From: Fibrobacterota bacterium
Lineage (GTDB): Bacteria > Fibrobacterota > Fibrobacteria > UBA11236
NCBI GenBank assembly: GCA_043753995.1
Contig: JAYUVP010000252.1
Location: forward strand, 1 to 55,884
Direction: 5' to 3'
DNA length: 55,884 nucleotides
Part shown: one piece after another, positions 50,334-55,884 of the stretch
How positions within the stretch are numbered: the stretch's first letter is position 1
Layout of the letters: every line of letters begins with the position of its first letter
The notes under the pieces: generated by a model
What the model was told of the DNA's origin: nothing
Database searches by the model: none
Seen by the model: the letters and a program-made list of their open reading frames with translations, nothing else
Translations under genes and position numbers: made by a program

Positions 50334-52073
50334 TTATTGAATCAATAAGGTCTGAGTAATGGCTTTTTTCTCTGAGGTGATTACCCTCAACTGATAAAGA
50401 CCTCGGGGAATGGCTTCACCGATTTCGATTTCTTGGGACATCACTGACCGCGTCAACAGGGTTTTTCCGGTAATGTCGATGATTTCCAAGGTGGCGCTTC
50501 CTGTGAAGGACGGCAAATGCAAGCGGCCATTTTGCAATACCACGGAGCCGGAGTTTTTAGCAGCAGGTGCTTGAAACACCGACACTGGCGGCACCGGAGC
50601 ATCGACGCCGGGACCAAAGGCATTCAAGGTATACCAGGCTTGATTGGCCCAGAGATTATTGCCGCTGGCTGATTTGAGATTGTTGAAGACTATGTTCACG
50701 CTAGTCTTGGCTTTGAGCCCCGTGACCTTTAGCACGACCTTTTTCTTGTCTGCGGAAAGGGTGGCTGTGGTGAGGGTTAAGGGGGTAAAGCCATTGGTCG
50801 GCGTTTTGCAGCAACCATAGTCCTTGGTGGGATTATAGGAGCGAGAGCCCACGGTATAACTTGTGATTTGGCCCGCGGCATCGGTGGCGGGCTCGGTGAA
50901 TTCGACTTCCATGCTTTCCGGGCCAAGCGAGCGTATTGCCTTCACATCGAAAAATACGCCATTGGCTTTTTCCGTCATGCGGGCAAGCCCATTGAATTTG
51001 AAATCCCAGGCCCAACCGCCCCAAACGTTATTATCGACACCTTCACCACCGATGTAAATGGCTCCGTCTGGCCCGGTAACAATGCGATTGGCTCCCGCTT
51101 CAATTCCGCCCGAAAATTTGATCACCATGCCTTGATATTCCCCTTGCACTTTTTCGAGGAAATACCGCTGCAAGGTGCCCATGCAATTGTCTCCGGCAAT
51201 GAATTGGCCTTTGAAAATGCCAGTTTTCACATAAACAGGTTGGGTGGGGGATATTCCCGCCACCGTATGAGGAATCCAAACTGCCGGCGGGGTTTCACCC
51301 TTTGATTCCAAGTCCGAGGGATTCGTGCTCTTTTTCACTCCATAAAAATGATCCTTTTGCACGTGAATCAGTTTGCTGTCAGGCACATAATTGCCTTGGT
51401 TTTCCGTGGTGAATAATTCGTCATCGGGACCCAGTACTAAGCCATTGGGTGTTCGGACGCCGCAGGCGAAAATCCCGTATGCCGTGGGCTTGGCGGGATC
51501 GAGGGTGATAAGGCAACCGCGTTCCTTGCTCTGCGCCACGTCGACGGGCCATCGAGTGGCCAGACCCGTATAGAAAACCCCGCTTTTATGGACCAAGCCA
51601 AGAGCGAATTCGAGAGGCTTAGCCTCCTCGCTGTGATAGGCCCAACCTTTAACCACGGTTTCGACTTGGTCGGCCTTGTCGTCCTTATTGGCGTCAGGAA
51701 GGCGAATTAAAGCGTCCTTGGCGAGCACATAAATGACACCCTCGACCACCTTGACACCCAGGGGCTCATTAATGCCGGTGGCGAATTCCTTGTAGGTGAC
51801 TTGGGCCTTCTCTCCACTTTGAGCCTTGTCCACGATATAGACATTGCCGTACTTAGTGGAAGCCGAGCTGAAATTGTACCAGGTGCAAATCACCATGCGA
51901 CCGTCGGGAAGAAAGTCCATGCCACCGACATTGGCTTTAAGTGCCGAGGGGCGAATGTCTTGTATGGTGAATCCAGGATGGGCCGTGGTCATGGTTTGGG
52001 CTGAAACCAGCCCAGCCAGAAGTCCAATGATAATGCCGGGCTTGCAATGGCTTCTCAAGGAAGGGTGAATCAT
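50334..52073 (-). CDS. Secreted glucose/sorbosone-dehydrogenase-like beta-propeller with full T9SS-type CTD
   Basis: VGGMDFLPDGRM, FATGINEPLG, GVRTPNG, TENQGNY, GPDGAIYIG; CTD IIDITGK...RGLYQLRV...TQTLLIQ. Confidence 0.75.
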   Translation of the reverse strand: MIHPSLRSHCKPGIIIGLLAGLVSAQTMTTAHPGFTIQDIRPSALKANVGGMDFLPDGRMVICTWYNFSSASTKYGNVYIVDKAQSGEKAQVTYKEFATGINEPLGVKVVEGVIYVLAKDALIRLPDANKDDKADQVETVVKGWAYHSEEAKPLEFALGLVHKSGVFYTGLATRWPVDVAQSKERGCLITLDPAKPTAYGIFACGVRTPNGLVLGPDDELFTTENQGNYVPDSKLIHVQKDHFYGVKKSTNPSDLESKGETPPAVWIPHTVAGISPTQPVYVKTGIFKGQFIAGDNCMGTLQRYFLEKVQGEYQGMVIKFSGGIEAGANRIVTGPDGAIYIGGEGVDNNVWGGWAWDFKFNGLARMTEKANGVFFDVKAIRSLGPESMEVEFTEPATDAAGQITSYTVGSRSYNPTKDYGCCKTPTNGFTPLTLTTATLSADKKKVVLKVTGLKAKTSVNIVFNNLKSASGNNLWANQAWYTLNAFGPGVDAPVPPVSVFQAPAAKNSGSVVLQNGRLHLPSFTGSATLEIIDITGKTLLTRSVMSQEIEIGEAIPRGLYQLRVITSEKKAITQTLLIQ

Positions 52074-52208
52074 GATGAGTCTCCACTAAAACAACTTGTC
52101 GAATCGTCGGGTTAAAAGTATCGCGGCGATGGGTTTTAAACCATACGCATCGTGTCAATATTCGCCTATTCCTCAAGTTGGGGCTGTAGAAAGGGCAAAA
52201 TTCTCAGG

Positions 52209-53267
52209 TCAAAGTGCCCTGGTTGATTCCGGGATTTCCTGGCCTAGGCCCGCCTCCATCTCGCAGTAAATATTGCCCGAGCTTTCTTGGGTTCTTTTGA
52301 TTTTGCCCGGTAGAAAGCTTTCAATGACGGTGAAATTGGTTTCGGAGTGGGAAGAAAGAGGACCGGTTCGGAAGCTTCCTCCCGCACCGAGCAGCAAAAT
52401 AACGGGTAATTGATCGGCGAGATGCCAGCCCACCGGGACATCATTGGCCATAAAGGCTTGGGCTTCGCTCACCGCCGAATGGCTGGCCTCTTCGGTATGG
52501 GCCCCATAACCCGCATATAAGGTCACGGTTTCTGAAATGGGAGTGCAGGGCAGGGTAATGATGGCGACATTGCCGGGGCCTACGGATTCCCTGTCTTCCT
52601 CAACCGTGATTTGATTCGCATCGAGCTTCAAGCCTTCGCTGAGGAGGGCACGTTCACGCTCCGCTAAGCCGGGGGCCATGCGAGCCAGAAGTATGCGCGC
52701 TGAAACCGGGCCGAGCGGGCCGCGATGAAGCAAATCAAGTGGGATAAAGTGAGTCGGCGGCGTGAGGCGAATTCGCCAAAGGCCTCCACCCGCGGGATAA
52801 TAGCCGCGCCTCTGGACGGTCAACTCCGAAGTGACTCCCATCCTATGCAAGCAGGGAAGATAGGTCTGGCTGAGAAAATCCAGACTTGGCGCCATGCTAT
52901 TGTGCGTGCCGCCCTCAAATTCCAAGGTAAAGGATTGTCCACCGCGTAATAGGACGGGGGCAATGGTTTGAAAAACCAAGGTAGTGCTGCCTGCCGTAGC
53001 GATACGAAAAGCATAATCCCCCGGACGCAATGGGCCGGGATGAAAAACCAACTCTTGCGATCCTCCGACGGCGCCCTCGGTGCGCGCACCGCTGATGGCG
53101 GTAGCGGCTTCGACGCACATTAAATGCTGGCGCATGAGGCCCGGGCGACGCCTTCCAGCGCGAAGACGCTTAAGCCGAAAGGGACGGCCGGTGGCTATGG
53201 AAAGGGTCAAGGCCGTGCGAAGGATTTGTCCTCCGCCTTCTCCGAGGCTGCCGTCAAGATCAATCAT
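52209..53267 (-). CDS. rtcA: RNA 3'-terminal phosphate cyclase
   Basis: IDLDGSLGEGGGQILRTAL, PGLMRQH, GGTHN..AP, RGYYPAGGG, HLADQL (adenylated His). Confidence 0.96.
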   Translation of the reverse strand: MIDLDGSLGEGGGQILRTALTLSIATGRPFRLKRLRAGRRRPGLMRQHLMCVEAATAISGARTEGAVGGSQELVFHPGPLRPGDYAFRIATAGSTTLVFQTIAPVLLRGGQSFTLEFEGGTHNSMAPSLDFLSQTYLPCLHRMGVTSELTVQRRGYYPAGGGLWRIRLTPPTHFIPLDLLHRGPLGPVSARILLARMAPGLAERERALLSEGLKLDANQITVEEDRESVGPGNVAIITLPCTPISETVTLYAGYGAHTEEASHSAVSEAQAFMANDVPVGWHLADQLPVILLLGAGGSFRTGPLSSHSETNFTVIESFLPGKIKRTQESSGNIYCEMEAGLGQEIPESTRAL

Positions 53268-53283
53268 GGACAAGAAAATAGTC

Positions 53284-53305
53284 AATAACTGAACGTTCGT
53301 TTATT
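53284..53305. promoter_or_regulatory. TetR-type operator palindrome between divergent rtcA and tetR
   Basis: AATAACTGAACGTTCGTTTATT: 18 of 22 positions match its reverse complement, with a perfect core GAACGTTC. Confidence 0.75.
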
Positions 53306-53313
53306 TTAGAATC

Positions 53314-53943
53314 ATGCGCAATCGAGACCCGGCCAAGGAAGCCGCCATCCGCCGTAAAGCTCTGGCCATGGTGGTCAAGGAGGGCTTTGACGGTTTGAGT
53401 ATGCAGCGACTGGCAAAGGCCGCTGGTGTATCACCAGCCACGATTTACATCTATTTCAAGAATCGTGAGGATTTGCTTTTAAGCCTTTATGCCGAGGAAT
53501 GGGAAAAAATGGCGGCGGCAAGCTTAAAAGGTTTTGATCCCAAAATGCCCTTCGCCGAAGGCCTCAAGATTCAGTGGATCAATCGCGCCCATTATTTCCT
53601 GGAGCACAGCGAAGCCATGCATTTCATGGAGCAAATGCGCTTTTCGCCTTTGATGGATGAAGCGCAAAAACGGGCCGGAAAAGAATTCATCGAGGCTATG
53701 AAGGCATTCGTTCACCATGCCATTTTGAATGGGGAAATCATCGACGTCCCCGTGGAAATTTATTGGTCGGTGGCCTTTGCTCCCCTGTATCAACTGGTGA
53801 AATATCACATGAGCGGTCGAAGCATGCCCTGTCGTCCCAAGTTTCATTTGGACGAAAACGCAATGAATCTCACCTTGAAATTGGTGCTTAAGGCTTTAAG
53901 ACCCGATACGACCGACAAGACTTTTAAAAAGGGAAAAAAATAA
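53314..53943 (+). CDS. TetR/AcrR family transcriptional regulator
   Basis: EGFDGLSMQRLAKAAGVSPATIYIYFKNREDL helix-turn-helix. Confidence 0.95.
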   Translation: MRNRDPAKEAAIRRKALAMVVKEGFDGLSMQRLAKAAGVSPATIYIYFKNREDLLLSLYAEEWEKMAAASLKGFDPKMPFAEGLKIQWINRAHYFLEHSEAMHFMEQMRFSPLMDEAQKRAGKEFIEAMKAFVHHAILNGEIIDVPVEIYWSVAFAPLYQLVKYHMSGRSMPCRPKFHLDENAMNLTLKLVLKALRPDTTDKTFKKGKK

Positions 53944-55233
53944 TGAGCGAAAAAGAATCGACAACCTACAGGGCCGCACCGCATGATGCCAAGCCCGCGC
54001 CGGAAAAATTCACTCGGTATCAAGCTATTGTCGTGGCCATATTAGCCTTTTTGCAATTCACCATTATTCTCGATTTCATGATTTTATCGCCCTTGGGCGC
54101 GATGTTATTGCGTGATTTGCATATCAATACCCATCAATTCGGATTGCTGGTGTCTTCCTATGCTTTCAGCGCGGGCCTATCGGGTTTGTTGGCGGCCGGT
54201 TTTGCTGATCGCTTCGATCGCAAGCGCCTATTGATTTTTTTCTATTCCGGCTTCTTGTTCGGCACCTTGCTATGCGGCCTGGCGCCTTCCTATCACCTTT
54301 TGTTGGCGGCGCGTGTGATTACCGGGCTTTTCGGCGGTGTCATCGCCTCGGTCCTATTCGCCATCATTGCCGATCTCTTTCCCTTCACTATGCGAGGTCG
54401 CGTCATGGGGTTCGTGCAAACGGCCTTCGCTAGGCATACCCCTGGGGCTTTATTTGTCTAATCGCTGGGGTTGGCACATGCCCTTTCTCCTCATTCTGGG
54501 TGTTGGTTTAGCCGTTGGCGTGGTCATTGTGCTGGTGTTAAAACCCATAGACGGTCATCTCAAGGTCAGCCAAGACCGGAATGCCTTTCATCACCTTTGG
54601 CAGACGGTGAAATTAGGCCGGCATTTGCGCGCATATGCGGCGACAACTTTGTTGGTGACGGGAGGCTTTATGCTAATGCCATTCGGCAGCGCTTTCAGCG
54701 TGCATAATCTCGGTCTGACCATGGAACAATTGCCCATGGTTTATATGATCACGGGCGTGGTGGCCATGTTCGCCGGAATCATGATGGGTCGATTCAGTGA
54801 TTCGCTCGGAAAATTTCGGGTATTCGCCTTGAGCTCGGCGCTCACCGTGGTCATGGTCTTGATTTACTGTAATCTCGGAGTGACTCCGATCGCGGTGGTG
54901 ATTGTGGTGAATTGCCTTTTATTCATCGGAATTTCCGGTCGCATGATACCGGCCCAGGCTTTGATGTCGGCTGTGCCATCTTTGCCTAATCGAGGTGCCT
55001 TCATGTCGGTGAATGCTTCTATACAGCAAATTTCCGGAGGCATCTCATCCTATGCGGCCGGGCTTATTGTCGTGCAAACCCCATCGGGGAATTTAATGCA
55101 CTACGATATTCTGGCTTATGTGGTAGCGACGGCCCTGCTAATCGCCACTTATTTGATTTACCGCATTCACCGCATGCTTTTGACTAGCGGCGAAGAAGCC
55201 CGCCATCCCCAAACCGCGATGGCGAAGGCGTAG
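53943..55233 (+). pseudogene. MFS drug/H+ antiporter-like transporter, frameshifted at ~54430
   Basis: N-half (ADRFDRKR motif A, ARVITGLFGG, RGRVMGFVQTAFA) and C-half (LGIPLGLYLSNRWGWH...) are in different frames; TAATG coupling to tetR. Confidence 0.85.
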
Positions 55234-55240
55234 CGCCCAG

Positions 55241-55884
55241 TTAAGACAAGCCGGTAATATTGCCGTAATCGTCAATGTTCATGCCCGCGGAAGCGGGTAT
55301 GGCCGGCAAGCCAGGCATGCGCATCATTTCTCCCACGATGGGCACGATAAATCCAGCACCAGCCGCCAATTCGAATTCGCGAATGGTGATGGTAAAGCCG
55401 GTGGGCCGTCCCACGCGGGTTTCGTCATCGGAAAAGGACTTTTGCGTTTTGGCCATGCAAATCGGCAAACCGCCGACTCCTAGTTTTTCATATTCAGCCA
55501 TTTGCTGCTTGGCCTTGGCCGAATACTCCACACCGTCAGCGCCGTATATTTCCGTCGCGATTTTCAAAATTTTATCGGCGATCGGAAGGTTCCAATCATA
55601 AAGCGGGCGATAATGATTTTCTTTTTTCTCGATGACCTCGACGACGGCTTTGGCCAAGTTCTCGGTTCCCTTGCCCCCTTCGCCCCAGCCCTTCGATACC
55701 ACGGCCTGCACGCCCAAGGCCCGGCAGCGTTCTTGAACGAAGAGAATTTCCTCGGTGCTATCGGAATGAAAACTATTGATAGCCACCACGGGAGTTAATC
55801 CGAATTTTTTGCAATTCTCAATATGCTTTTCGAGATTCGCAATGCCCTTTTGGATAAAGCCCATATTCGGGGTATTGTAAGCTT
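55241..55884 (-). CDS. fhs: Formate--tetrahydrofolate ligase (C-terminal part, runs off the right edge)
   Basis: NLEKHIEN, PVVAINSF, WGEGGKG, PICMAKTQKSFSD, AGAGF, MRMPGLP. Confidence 0.96.
   Translation of the reverse strand, partial: AYNTPNMGFIQKGIANLEKHIENCKKFGLTPVVAINSFHSDSTEEILFVQERCRALGVQAVVSKGWGEGGKGTENLAKAVVEVIEKKENHYRPLYDWNLPIADKILKIATEIYGADGVEYSAKAKQQMAEYEKLGVGGLPICMAKTQKSFSDDETRVGRPTGFTITIREFELAAGAGFIVPIVGEMMRMPGLPAIPASAGMNIDDYGNITGLS

Overview
GC-rich bacterial chromosomal segment, most consistent with a free-living FCB-group organism, probably Fibrobacterota. This assignment is inferred from many signal-peptide glycan-active proteins with T9SS-like C-terminal tails. Core genes: dnaA followed directly by tolQ-tolR-tolA-tolB-pal-cpoB rather than dnaN; a trpE-trpG-trpD-trpC-LMW-PTP-Cys/Met enzyme-glyQS run with a fused alpha-beta glycyl-tRNA synthetase; valS, thiS, def, yajC, manA, tRNA-Arg(TCT), rtcA and partial fhs. 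Accessory genes: GH39, PL1, two CE1-type esterases, three DUF1080 proteins, two large beta-propellers, an S8 protease, a Cys-repeat protein, an orphan DUF692 (MNIO) enzyme, a hemerythrin, PilZ-like and degenerate HD-GYP proteins, and two frameshifted genes (APH-like kinase, MFS). No CRISPR array, integrase or transposase was seen. Best leads: (1) ten secreted proteins whose tails range from a full T9SS CTD down to a short basic tail keeping only a (D/N)xxG(R/K)-like motif; (2) a ~270-nt nested-hairpin element with a repeated CC(A/G)CAGG...CCGAGGA internal-loop motif, where the DUF692 partner gene would normally lie; (3) a TetR operator between back-to-back, apparently leaderless promoters of tetR and a stand-alone rtcA; (4) the dnaA/tol-pal linkage and a sigma28-like promoter next to the DnaA boxes. 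All calls are by eye from motifs; no database search or folding was run.
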